Source: Candidatus Atelocyanobacterium thalassae (lineage in GTDB: Bacteria > Cyanobacteriota > Cyanobacteriia > Cyanobacteriales > Microcystaceae). Taken from it: DNA of 64,000 bases. The stretch's first letter is position 1. Every line of letters starts with the position of its first letter. Made by a program: the position numbers and the translations under genes. Positions 22,447 to 31,403 of the stretch are shown here, piece after piece. The notes under the pieces are model-generated. The model saw nothing but the letters and a program-made list of their open reading frames with translations, ran no database searches and was not told where the DNA came from. The stretch covers positions 64,001 through 128,000 of the forward strand of contig JBFPLN010000004.1 in NCBI GenBank assembly GCA_051971635.1, in the 5' to 3' direction.

Positions 22447-23327
22447 ATAAGCAGCAGATAAGTACTTTGAGTATAGTAAATATCCTTGGTATTACTCTAT
22501 CTAAATATAATTTTTACAATGAATTTTTTGCAAAAGCAAAACAAGCACATAAGAAAATTACTTTTTTTTGCTTAAATTACCTATGTTGGAATCAGAGAAC
22601 TATTTTTAATAAAGTATTAAGATTTCGTGGAATTAGTACATTAGCTTTAGCTATAAAAATTGATAATTTATCTACTTTAAAACAAACTAAGATGAATTTC
22701 TATACTGTTCCAGGCGAGATATGTTTAAAAATATCTACTAAAGCAAATTGTATGGAAAAAGCATCTACTATTATTCAGCCAATTATTACAGAAATACACA
22801 AAGTTACTGAATTAGACTGTTATGGTAATGATTATGATACTTTAATTAAAATTGTTGCAAAATTATTAGTAGAAAGCCATAATACAGTCTCCGTCGCAGA
22901 ATCGTGTACAGGAGGAGGTTTAGGTGCAATATTAAGCTCTTCTCCTGGTAGTTCAAACTATTTTTCTGGCGGTATAATTGTGTATAGTAACCAAGCGAAA
23001 ATATCTTTATTAGAAGTTTCAGAAAAAGAGCTAGGTATTCACGGAGCAGTAAGTTCCAGTATTGCAAAACAAATGGCTTTAGGTGTTAAAAAAAAATTAG
23101 GAACTTCTTGGGGACTAAGTATTACTGGTATTGCTGGACCAGGAGGAGGAACAAGAATGAAGCCTGTTGGCCTAGTATATATTGGTATTGCTGATCCTGA
23201 AAACAAATCTAATAGTATAAGATGTTTTTTCGGATCTCATACAAGAAACTTAATTCGTTCCCTGAGTGAATATAGTGCACTAGATCAGTTAAGAAGAAGA
23301 TTATTGATAAAAGCAAAGATGTTTTGA
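22443..23327 (+). CDS. cinA: CinA-family protein: intact C-terminal NMN deamidase (PncC) domain, eroded N-terminus
   Basis: [49 protein letters not shown]; no MoCF-type N-terminal motifs. Confidence 0.8.
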   Translation: MNKQQISTLSIVNILGITLSKYNFYNEFFAKAKQAHKKITFFCLNYLCWNQRTIFNKVLRFRGISTLALAIKIDNLSTLKQTKMNFYTVPGEICLKISTKANCMEKASTIIQPIITEIHKVTELDCYGNDYDTLIKIVAKLLVESHNTVSVAESCTGGGLGAILSSSPGSSNYFSGGIIVYSNQAKISLLEVSEKELGIHGAVSSSIAKQMALGVKKKLGTSWGLSITGIAGPGGGTRMKPVGLVYIGIADPENKSNSIRCFFGSHTRNLIRSLSEYSALDQLRRRLLIKAKMF

Positions 23328-23436
23328 TAAATAGTATTTCTTTTATCTGTTATGAGATTCTAGTTATTTAAAAGATACCATGTCATATATGTATCTCATA
23401 TGAATATTCAAGTTAATTATATACGTTACAGTTTTA

Positions 23437-23510
23437 TGGACATAACTGGATTCGAACCAGTGACCCCATCGATGTCAACGATGTACTCTAACCAACTGAG
23501 CTATACGTCC
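23437..23510 (-). tRNA. trnV: tRNA-Val(GAC)
   Basis: Cloverleaf: GGACGTA/TATGTCC acceptor, CATCG-TTGACAT-CGATG anticodon arm, GGTTCGAATCC T arm; CCA not encoded. Confidence 0.97.
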
Positions 23511-23897
23511 TTACTAGCCTAATATAACACAGTATCTTGCAATAATCATCTACATAAGAATAATAAGCTATGATTTATCTTGAAAAATTATTTTTCATAA
23601 ATCTTAAAAGAAATTAGAGTTTATTTTTATGAATATTGTTATCCATAACAGCTTATATCAGCAAAATACTGTGAGACTGGATGAAAATTAGTATATTAAA
23701 GTATTAAACTATTTATTAAAATATATTTAATAAATAGTAAAGTATAGAATTTCTTATAAAAAATACTGAATAAAAATATCATGTAGACTATTAAGCCTAA
23801 ATGTAATTATTATGTTCCTTTAAATAAATTTTTAAAAAATCTTACTAGTTTTTATACAAATATCAACTCTAAGCTATCAGTTTAAATACTTAAAATT

Positions 23898-24527
23898 ATG
23901 GAAAAATTAGTTGAATTTACTACAAGTGATTTGATCACCTATCCCATAGCTGAGACCTTTCATTCTATTCAAGGTGAAGGTATTTGGACAGGAGTAAGTG
24001 CATTCTTTATTCGTTTGGCCGGATGTAATGTTGGCTGCCCATGGTGTGATCAAAAGGAATCATGGAACTATAAAACATTTCCAAAATATTCTCCTGAAAC
24101 TTTAGCGATGGAAGCTTCTAAAGCTAGCGCCAGTATCGTTGTTATAACTGGTGGAGAACCTCTGATGTATGATTTATTTCCTTTAACTGATATATTACAG
24201 AAGTTCGGGATGCAAGTTCATTTGGAAACTTCTGGTTCCCATCCTTTAAGCGGTAACTTTAATTGGATAACATTCTCTCCAAAACCTTTTAAGGTTCCAC
24301 ATAGCAATATTTATGACAAAGCAAATGAGCTAAAAATCATCATAGCTAGTCAACAAGATTTTGAGTGGGCAGAAGAACAAAAAAATAAAACTAATTCTAA
24401 GTCAATTAACTTTTTACAACCTGAATGGAATAGTGATATGAGCAGTTCTTTGATATATGATTATGTCTGTAAACATCCTGAATGGCGCATAAGCTTACAA
24501 ACTCATAAGTTTTTAGGTATTAGGTAA
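23898..24527 (+). CDS. queE: 7-carboxy-7-deazaguanine synthase (radical SAM)
   Basis: ETFHSIQGEG, FIRLAGCNVGCPWCD, TGGEP, LETSG, WRISLQTHK. Confidence 0.93.
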   Translation: MEKLVEFTTSDLITYPIAETFHSIQGEGIWTGVSAFFIRLAGCNVGCPWCDQKESWNYKTFPKYSPETLAMEASKASASIVVITGGEPLMYDLFPLTDILQKFGMQVHLETSGSHPLSGNFNWITFSPKPFKVPHSNIYDKANELKIIIASQQDFEWAEEQKNKTNSKSINFLQPEWNSDMSSSLIYDYVCKHPEWRISLQTHKFLGIR

Positions 24528-24529
24528 AT

Positions 24530-24587
24530 AATAAAAGCTATATTTCTTTGTAAAATCATGATTTTACAAAGAAATATAGCTTTTATT
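24530..24587. repeat. 58-bp perfect palindrome 2 nt after queE stop
   Basis: AATAAAAGCTATATTTCTTTGTAAAATCA|TGATTTTACAAAGAAATATAGCTTTTATT, checked base by base. Confidence 0.95.
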
Positions 24588-24760
24588 TTGATTCAAAATA
24601 TGTTGCAAAAACGGCTTCATAATTCTAATTCACCTTACATCTGTAAAATTCGAATGATAACGATCTCAAAAATGAAGATATTTAATGTCAAATTCATACC
24701 ATTGAAAATATAGTTATAGAAAGTAAGTTAGTGACATAGCTTGTTTTTTAAAAAATTTTC

Positions 24761-24886
24761 TGCTAGCATATTAAAAAACGAAAGGGGCAGACCAGCATCC
24801 CAAATACCAATTTTAGCCCAAAGGCTACACCGAAGGACTTGCTTAGTTTTCGCCCCATGGTAGATGAGGGGTAAAACCAAATATAC
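24761..24886 (+). promoter_or_regulatory. extended -10 promoter and structured 5' leader of rimO-crhR
   Basis: TGcTAGCAT at 24761-24769, then a 48% GC stretch (24781-24880) with several complementary segments. Confidence 0.6.
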
Positions 24887-26200
24887 ATGGTCAAAAAACC
24901 AGCTATTGCAATTTCACATCTCGGTTGTGAGAAAAATCGAATAGATTCAGAACATATTTTAGGACTACTAGCAACAGAAGGATATTCTGTCAGCTTAAGT
25001 GAAGATCTCGCTGATTATGTTGTCGTAAATACTTGTAGTTTCATCCAACAGGCTAGGGAGGAATCAGTTCGTACCCTAGTAGAGTTAGCCGAAAATAATA
25101 AAAAAATTATTGTTGCTGGCTGTATGGCTCAACATTTTCAAAACCAATTGCTTGAAGAATTACCTGAAGTTGTAGCGATTGTTGGTACAGGAAATTATCA
25201 AGATATTGCTAAAACCGTTCAACGTGTTGAGTCAGGTGAAAGGGTAATAGATATATCTCAGAAGCCTACTTTTATTGCTGACGAAACTATTCCACGCTAT
25301 CGAACTACTAATGAGGGAGTAGCTTACCTACGAATAGCAGAAGGATGTGATTATCGATGTACTTTTTGTATCATTCCTCATTTACGAGGTAACCAAAGAT
25401 CTCGCACTATTGAGTCTATTGTTGCAGAAGCCCAACAGTTAGCTAATCAAGGTGTGCAAGAGATCATTCTCGTTTCGCAGATTACTACGAACTATGGACT
25501 AGATCTTTACGGAAAAGTTCAATTAGCTGAGCTCTTGAGAGCACTAGGAAAAGTTGATATCCCTTGGATACGTGTTCATTATGCATATCCTACAGGATTA
25601 ACAACGGAAATTCTTCAGGCTTTTAAAGAAGTATCAAATGTTATTCCTTATTTGGATCTACCATTACAGCATTCTCATCCTAATATTCTAAAAGCTATGA
25701 ACCGGCCTTGGAAAGGAACAGTAAATGATGAGATTATTAAAGTCATAAAAGCATCTATCCCAGATGCTATTTTACGTACAACTTTTATTGTTGGTTTCCC
25801 TGGTGAAACGGATGAATACTTTGAACATTTAGTAAAATTTATCAAAAGACATCAATTTGATCATGTAGGAGTTTTTGTATTTTCTCCAGAAGAAGAAACT
25901 CCCTCTTACAAGATGTCTAATCAGGTTCCATTAGAAATAGCTCAAGAAAGGCGAGATTACTTAATGGAAATACAGCAGTCTATTTCTAGTAAAAAAAACC
26001 AACAATACATTGACACAATAGTAGAAGTATTAATTGAACAAGAAAATCCAAAGACTCATCAATATATAGGTCGTTCAATTAAATTTTCTCCTGACGTAGA
26101 TGGAGTTGTTTTTGTTAAAGGAGAAGCTCAATTAAACTCAATTGTTCCAGTTAAAATTACCAAAGCTGACGCTTATGATCTCTATGGAAAAGTTGTTTAA
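24887..26200 (+). CDS. rimO: ribosomal protein S12 methylthiotransferase
   Basis: [43 protein letters not shown] in TRAM domain. Confidence 0.96.
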   Translation: MVKKPAIAISHLGCEKNRIDSEHILGLLATEGYSVSLSEDLADYVVVNTCSFIQQAREESVRTLVELAENNKKIIVAGCMAQHFQNQLLEELPEVVAIVGTGNYQDIAKTVQRVESGERVIDISQKPTFIADETIPRYRTTNEGVAYLRIAEGCDYRCTFCIIPHLRGNQRSRTIESIVAEAQQLANQGVQEIILVSQITTNYGLDLYGKVQLAELLRALGKVDIPWIRVHYAYPTGLTTEILQAFKEVSNVIPYLDLPLQHSHPNILKAMNRPWKGTVNDEIIKVIKASIPDAILRTTFIVGFPGETDEYFEHLVKFIKRHQFDHVGVFVFSPEEETPSYKMSNQVPLEIAQERRDYLMEIQQSISSKKNQQYIDTIVEVLIEQENPKTHQYIGRSIKFSPDVDGVVFVKGEAQLNSIVPVKITKADAYDLYGKVV

Positions 26201-26360
26201 GCTTAAATATTTATTTCCACATGCATTAAAGTGGAAACAAGAAATAACTTAGCAATAGTACTAATTAAAACAATAAGTAGCTTAAAAACTACTATTAAAA
26301 CCCTCACTATACCTTGTTAAATTTTCAACTTACAGTAAACCTATTAACTATAACGATCTT

Positions 26361-27794
26361 ATGACTATTTCTTTCGAGAACTTAGGACTATCCGAAATTC
26401 GTGTCAATAAATTAAAAGAGCTCGGATTTGAAAACCCTACTGAAATTCAAGAAAAAGCAATTCCTTTAATGTTAGAAGGACATGATGTTCTGGGGCAATC
26501 ACAAACGGGAACAGGCAAAACAGCAGCTTATTCTTTGCCTATTCTTGAACAAGTTAATATACAAAATCCCAATGTTCAAGTTTTAATCCTAACTCCTACC
26601 CGTGAGCTTGCCCAACAAGTTGCTGAAGCTTTAAAAGATTTTTCAGTAGAACGGCGTTTATATATATTAACTGTTTATGGTGGCCAATCTATAGATAGAC
26701 AAATTAGAAGCTTGGAGCGAGGAGTTCAAATTGTAGTTGGAACTCCAGGAAGGGTGATTGATCTTTTAGAACGGAAAAAACTAGTCTTAGATTCTTTAAG
26801 CTGGGCTGTCCTAGACGAAGCTGATGAAATGCTTAGTATGGGATTTATTGATGATGTAAAAACTATTTTAAAGAAAACACCTGAAAATCGTAATACTGCT
26901 TGTTTTTCCGCTACGATGCCAAGAGAGATAAGAGACCTCGTAAATCAATTTCTAAAATCTCCAGTAACTATATCTGTTGAGAGAACTCAGGCTGCTCCTC
27001 CTAGAATAGAACAAAATATATATATGGTTCCTAGAGGTTGGTCAAAACGAAAAGCATTACAACCTGTTTTAGAAATAGAAGATCCTGAATCAGCTATTAT
27101 TTTTGTCCGTACTAAACAAACGGCTTCAGACTTAACTACAAGATTACAAGAAATTGGCCACTGTGTAGATGAATATCATGGCAATCTTAGCCAATCTCAA
27201 AGAGAAAGATTAGTTCACCGTTTCAGAGATGGAAGAATAAAATTAGTTGTAGCTACAGATATTGCGGCAAGAGGTTTGGATGTAGAGGGTTTAAGCCATG
27301 TCATCAACTATGATTTACCAGATAATAGCGAAACTTATATCCATCGAATTGGGCGTACTGGAAGAGCTGGTAAAGAAGGAAAAGCAATTTCTATTGTAGA
27401 ATCTATTGATCGTCGAATGATTAGACAGATTGAACGAAAACTTCGCCAAAAAATAGATATTTGTAAAATACCCAGTCGTTCAGAAGTTGAAGCAAAAAGA
27501 TTAGATAAATTGCAAAACTTGATTAAAGAATCATTGGTAGGAGAAAGGATGGCTTCCTTTCTACCTTTAGTAAGTGAATTAAGTATAGAGTATGATCCTC
27601 AAGCAATTGCTGCTGCAGCCTTACAGATGATTTATGATCAAGACTGTCCTGATTGGATGAAAACTGACTGGGAAGTTCCTGAAGCAACGACACAAAAGCC
27701 GGTTATAACCCGTAAATCTCATAAATATGGTTCTAAAAGTGGTAAACATAATCGTAGCGTTAGTAAAGGCATTCGTAAAATAGTGAGCCATTAA
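26361..27794 (+). CDS. crhR: DEAD-box RNA helicase CrhR
   Basis: Q motif, TGTGKT, PTRELA, DEAD, SAT, HRIGRTGRAG; downstream of rimO as in Synechocystis. Confidence 0.92.
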   Translation: MTISFENLGLSEIRVNKLKELGFENPTEIQEKAIPLMLEGHDVLGQSQTGTGKTAAYSLPILEQVNIQNPNVQVLILTPTRELAQQVAEALKDFSVERRLYILTVYGGQSIDRQIRSLERGVQIVVGTPGRVIDLLERKKLVLDSLSWAVLDEADEMLSMGFIDDVKTILKKTPENRNTACFSATMPREIRDLVNQFLKSPVTISVERTQAAPPRIEQNIYMVPRGWSKRKALQPVLEIEDPESAIIFVRTKQTASDLTTRLQEIGHCVDEYHGNLSQSQRERLVHRFRDGRIKLVVATDIAARGLDVEGLSHVINYDLPDNSETYIHRIGRTGRAGKEGKAISIVESIDRRMIRQIERKLRQKIDICKIPSRSEVEAKRLDKLQNLIKESLVGERMASFLPLVSELSIEYDPQAIAAAALQMIYDQDCPDWMKTDWEVPEATTQKPVITRKSHKYGSKSGKHNRSVSKGIRKIVSH

Positions 27795-28014
27795 GAATAT
27801 TACTTACTATCCATATTTAATAATATAATTCAATTACTTACTTATTTCCCATGTTAGAACTATGGCTCTAACATGGGAAATTTTATTTTTTGTTAAAAAT
27901 ATCTTTTCTAGAATTAAGAATAATCTTTGTAAAATAATTCTTTCATTCTCAAAAAACTTAAGACTCAAATTTGTTTCTTTATCATTTCTATATATAAATA
28001 ATAAAAATCAAAAT

Positions 28015-29298
28015 TTAGGTAATTATCGAAAGGCCTTCTACCAAGATAGATGGAGTGCAAATTGAATTGATCCAACATGAATCATTAGCTATCTCAATAG
28101 TATTTTCTAGAATTTTATAAACGTTGCCTGTTATTATGGAATTTTTTATTTTTCCATCTATTAAACCGTTATGAACAGAGTACCCTAAATTTACATTGAT
28201 AGAGAAATCTCCAGATATATCAATTTTTCCCCCTAAAACTGAGTCTACTATAATTCCTCGGTCTAATACTTTAATTAAACTTTTGAAATCTTCTTTTCCA
28301 GATTCTACTATCAAATTAACTAATATAGGTGTTGGATAACTTCTTAAATTAGGACGAAAACCGTTACCTGTACTTTTTGTTCCTAATATTTTCGCGTTAG
28401 TAAGATTACTATAGAATTGTTCTAAGTTACCTTTCTTAATTAAAGACAATTCTTGTGTAACTATTCCTTCATCATCAAAAGGAACAACATAAGACCTATA
28501 TCTTGGCTGTTGCGATAAAGTAAGAGAACTTGATATAACCTGTTTTCCTATTTTGTTGCTCCAAGGAGAAGTTTTTTCTAAAACAAATTTACTGTTAAGT
28601 GCTTCAGATACTGTATTCCAGAGCATAGATGCTCCATTAGGGGTAAATAGCGTTGGTACATAGCCTTTTGGGGCCAAAATGGTTTTTTCTCCCCATTTCA
28701 AGCGTTGTAAGATATTTTTTACTATTTGTTGAGTTTCAATTTTTTCTTGATTTACTTTGGTATCATAAACATTTATAGACTCTTTTCCTTTTGCTAATTC
28801 TAGTTCTATATAGTAATTGACCGATGATTTACTATACTCGCAGTGAAGTCCTAGTGAGTTTACTAAACATGTAGACTGTTCTAGATAAGTGAATTCTCCG
28901 TTGCAAATAGATTCTGTATAAATATTTCGTAATCGACTAATTGTATCTTTTCCTGACTTAATCAATTGTTCAATCGATATAAACTCTCCTTGATGAGATT
29001 GAAGGTTGACATATAAAGAATTAAGCTCAATGGTTTCATTACTATTGAGAGTCGATAAAGCGATCGCGTTATCGACTAACTTATCATTATCAAATTCTCC
29101 ATAAGCAACAGCTAATCCTGATGCACCTTCTTTCCATAGGCGTAAAGCTATCCCTTCTGATTGAGAATTTTCTAATCGTTTTAAATCATTGGTTTCAAAA
29201 AAGATAGAATCGGATTTAAGATTAGACTGATAAACTTCTGCATGAGAAGCACCTTTACGTAAAGCTAGATCTATTAACTTTTGTAGTCCGATATTCAT
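28015..29298 (-). CDS. TldD/PmbA family protein (second, diverged)
   Basis: AEVYQS, GIALRLW, PFDDEG, STGNGFR, SGDFSIN; no HExxxH. Confidence 0.88.
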   Translation of the reverse strand: MNIGLQKLIDLALRKGASHAEVYQSNLKSDSIFFETNDLKRLENSQSEGIALRLWKEGASGLAVAYGEFDNDKLVDNAIALSTLNSNETIELNSLYVNLQSHQGEFISIEQLIKSGKDTISRLRNIYTESICNGEFTYLEQSTCLVNSLGLHCEYSKSSVNYYIELELAKGKESINVYDTKVNQEKIETQQIVKNILQRLKWGEKTILAPKGYVPTLFTPNGASMLWNTVSEALNSKFVLEKTSPWSNKIGKQVISSSLTLSQQPRYRSYVVPFDDEGIVTQELSLIKKGNLEQFYSNLTNAKILGTKSTGNGFRPNLRSYPTPILVNLIVESGKEDFKSLIKVLDRGIIVDSVLGGKIDISGDFSINVNLGYSVHNGLIDGKIKNSIITGNVYKILENTIEIANDSCWINSICTPSILVEGLSIIT

Positions 29299-29416
29299 AA
29301 CTTCAATATGATAGGATTTTAAGTGTGTAAAACTGAATTTAAATTAATATTTATTATTGTTAAGCTGTAAAATAAAGTTATTAGGTAATCTTAAAAAATT
29401 AATAATTGAAAACTTT

Positions 29417-29605
29417 ATGTCTGATAAATCTACATTCAATAAACAAGATACATTAAAAAATCAAAATGTCGAGCCAGATGCTAGTTATGTTAAGTTAGCT
29501 ATGCGTAATATGGTTCGTAAAAAAGTCACCTCTCTCAAACATTTTCTTGTAACGACTGTAGGACTACTAGCTTTTTTAATTGGTCTTGCTTACTTAACTC
29601 GTTAA
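29417..29605 (+). CDS. DUF3285 domain protein
   Basis: SYVKLAMRNMVRK..SLKHF..T..GLL.FLIGLAYLTR; ATG at 29417. Confidence 0.85.
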   Translation: MSDKSTFNKQDTLKNQNVEPDASYVKLAMRNMVRKKVTSLKHFLVTTVGLLAFLIGLAYLTR

Positions 29606-29901
29606 TACTTGTATTAAAACTTATTTATGGGTTAATTGATTTTATAATTACTGTATTTAAAATGATAAAAACTATTATGTCTTTTACTAGTAATTTAACC
29701 ATTTCAAAAAAAGATCATCCATATGGAAAAGAAAAAAAGTTTAATAAAAATGGTTTATTTCTTGTTTAACAGTAATAATATTGATATTTTAGAAATAAGA
29801 AACTTTGTTAATTATAATTGGTCTTTAGTAAAAGCCTTAACTTAGAATATATGCCAAGTCAATAGACTTTATAAAAAATAAGTTACTCTTTATACAAATT
29901 A

Positions 29902-30426
29902 GTGAAGTTAAAGATTATGAAAGCCGATTTTAAAATGAACCGTTTTTCTTCTACTGGATTGTTTTCAGATACAGCTAATCTAAAGCCAAATCATATTTCA
30001 CAACTAGTAAAAGAGAAATATCCTTCAGAAGTTAGAAGGAAGTCGGCTTGGCATATTTCTCCCAATATATTTCTAAGCTTTCAATATGCTTGGACAGGTA
30101 TTTGTTACACTTTTACTACACAGCGTAATTTCCGTATTCACACTGCTATGACAGTCATTGCTATTTGTATTTCTGGATTTTTAAAAGTCAGTTCAATTAG
30201 TATGGCTATTATTACTCTCACTTGCGCATTAGTATTAATTCTAGAATTACTCAATACAGCCTTGGAATCAATTGTTGATTTAACTGTCGGCCAGTCATAC
30301 CATGAACTAGCAAAAATTGCTAAAGATTGTGCTGCAGGCTCTGTTATGGTTTCAGCTATTGCAGCTTTATTAGTTGCATTTTTTATTATTACTCCACCTA
30401 TTTTAAATATAGTTTTTAACTCATAG
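29902..30426 (+). CDS. dgkA: diacylglycerol/undecaprenol kinase family protein
   Basis: SFQYAWTG, QRNFRIH, ELLNTALESIVDL, AKIAKDCAAG; start uncertain. Confidence 0.88.
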   Translation: MKLKIMKADFKMNRFSSTGLFSDTANLKPNHISQLVKEKYPSEVRRKSAWHISPNIFLSFQYAWTGICYTFTTQRNFRIHTAMTVIAICISGFLKVSSISMAIITLTCALVLILELLNTALESIVDLTVGQSYHELAKIAKDCAAGSVMVSAIAALLVAFFIITPPILNIVFNS

Positions 30427-30563
30427 TATTAGTAAATCAATTCTATTTATAAAGTTAAAATAATTTTTTTACTATTTAAACTTGTACTAGTAGTAATTGA
30501 AATCTAATTCAAGCTTAAATATTTAAGGAATTCACAAGCATATTTTATTTTTCAATATTTATA

Positions 30564-31367
30564 ATGAAAAGACGACATTTTATAGCCTATTCTGGTATCA
30601 GTACTCTATTTTTTTCTAAGATATTTCCAAATTTTCACTCTCCGTCTCTAGCTGCTCAAGAAAAAAATATAAATCCTTTATCAATTAAATATCTAGGACA
30701 TACATGTTTTTTATTTAGTGGTGGCGGCTTAAGAGTTTTGGTTAATCCTTTTAGAACTATTGGATGTACTGCGGGTTATCGCTTACCGAAAGTTGAGGCA
30801 GATCTAGTAATTATTAGTAGCCAGTTGTGGGATGAAGGAGCTACTGAAAATTTACCAGGTAATCCTCGAATATTATATGAACCAGGAGTATATAAAATTA
30901 ATGGATTAGGATTTCAAGGTATTAGTATTGATCATGATAGGAAAGGTGGAAAACAATTTGGAAATAATGTTGCTTGGCGTTGGATACAAGCAGGTATCCA
31001 TATAGTGCATTTAGGTGGAGCAGCAGCACCAATTGATTTAGAACAAAAAATCTTACTAGGCAATCCTGATATTGCTTGTATTCCAGTAGGTGGTGGTCCA
31101 AAAAACTATAATGCTGTGGAAGGAAGGCAAGCGATGCAAGTCTTGAACCCTAAAATAATGATTCCAACTCATTACCGCACTTCTGCTGCTGATATAGAAA
31201 ATTGTGATATTGATCCATTAAATAAATTTTTGGAATTAACGAAAAGTATAAATACAAAAAAAATACATAGTAATGAGTTTTCTTTAACTCATAAAGACTT
31301 ACCTCAGAAGGATACAAGTATATATATATTTGACCACGAGTCATTATTGACAAACCAAAATACTTAG
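30564..31367 (+). CDS. MBL-fold metallo-hydrolase-like protein with twin-arginine-like leader
   Basis: MKRRHF N-terminus, YLGHTCF, HLGG, IPVGG, IPTHY. Confidence 0.85.
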   Translation: MKRRHFIAYSGISTLFFSKIFPNFHSPSLAAQEKNINPLSIKYLGHTCFLFSGGGLRVLVNPFRTIGCTAGYRLPKVEADLVIISSQLWDEGATENLPGNPRILYEPGVYKINGLGFQGISIDHDRKGGKQFGNNVAWRWIQAGIHIVHLGGAAAPIDLEQKILLGNPDIACIPVGGGPKNYNAVEGRQAMQVLNPKIMIPTHYRTSAADIENCDIDPLNKFLELTKSINTKKIHSNEFSLTHKDLPQKDTSIYIFDHESLLTNQNT

Positions 31368-31403
31368 TCTACTTGTGCTGGACCATTCAAAATGGTAGCT
31401 AAA

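Noticed and set aside
20768..24587. 58-bp palindromes as MITE/REP elements
   Set aside because: The two share no sequence family, and I saw no target-site duplications or transposase
27862..28065. 67-aa ORF after crhR
   Set aside because: Low-complexity F/K/N/I composition typical of AT-rich spacer; overlaps the end of the convergent gene
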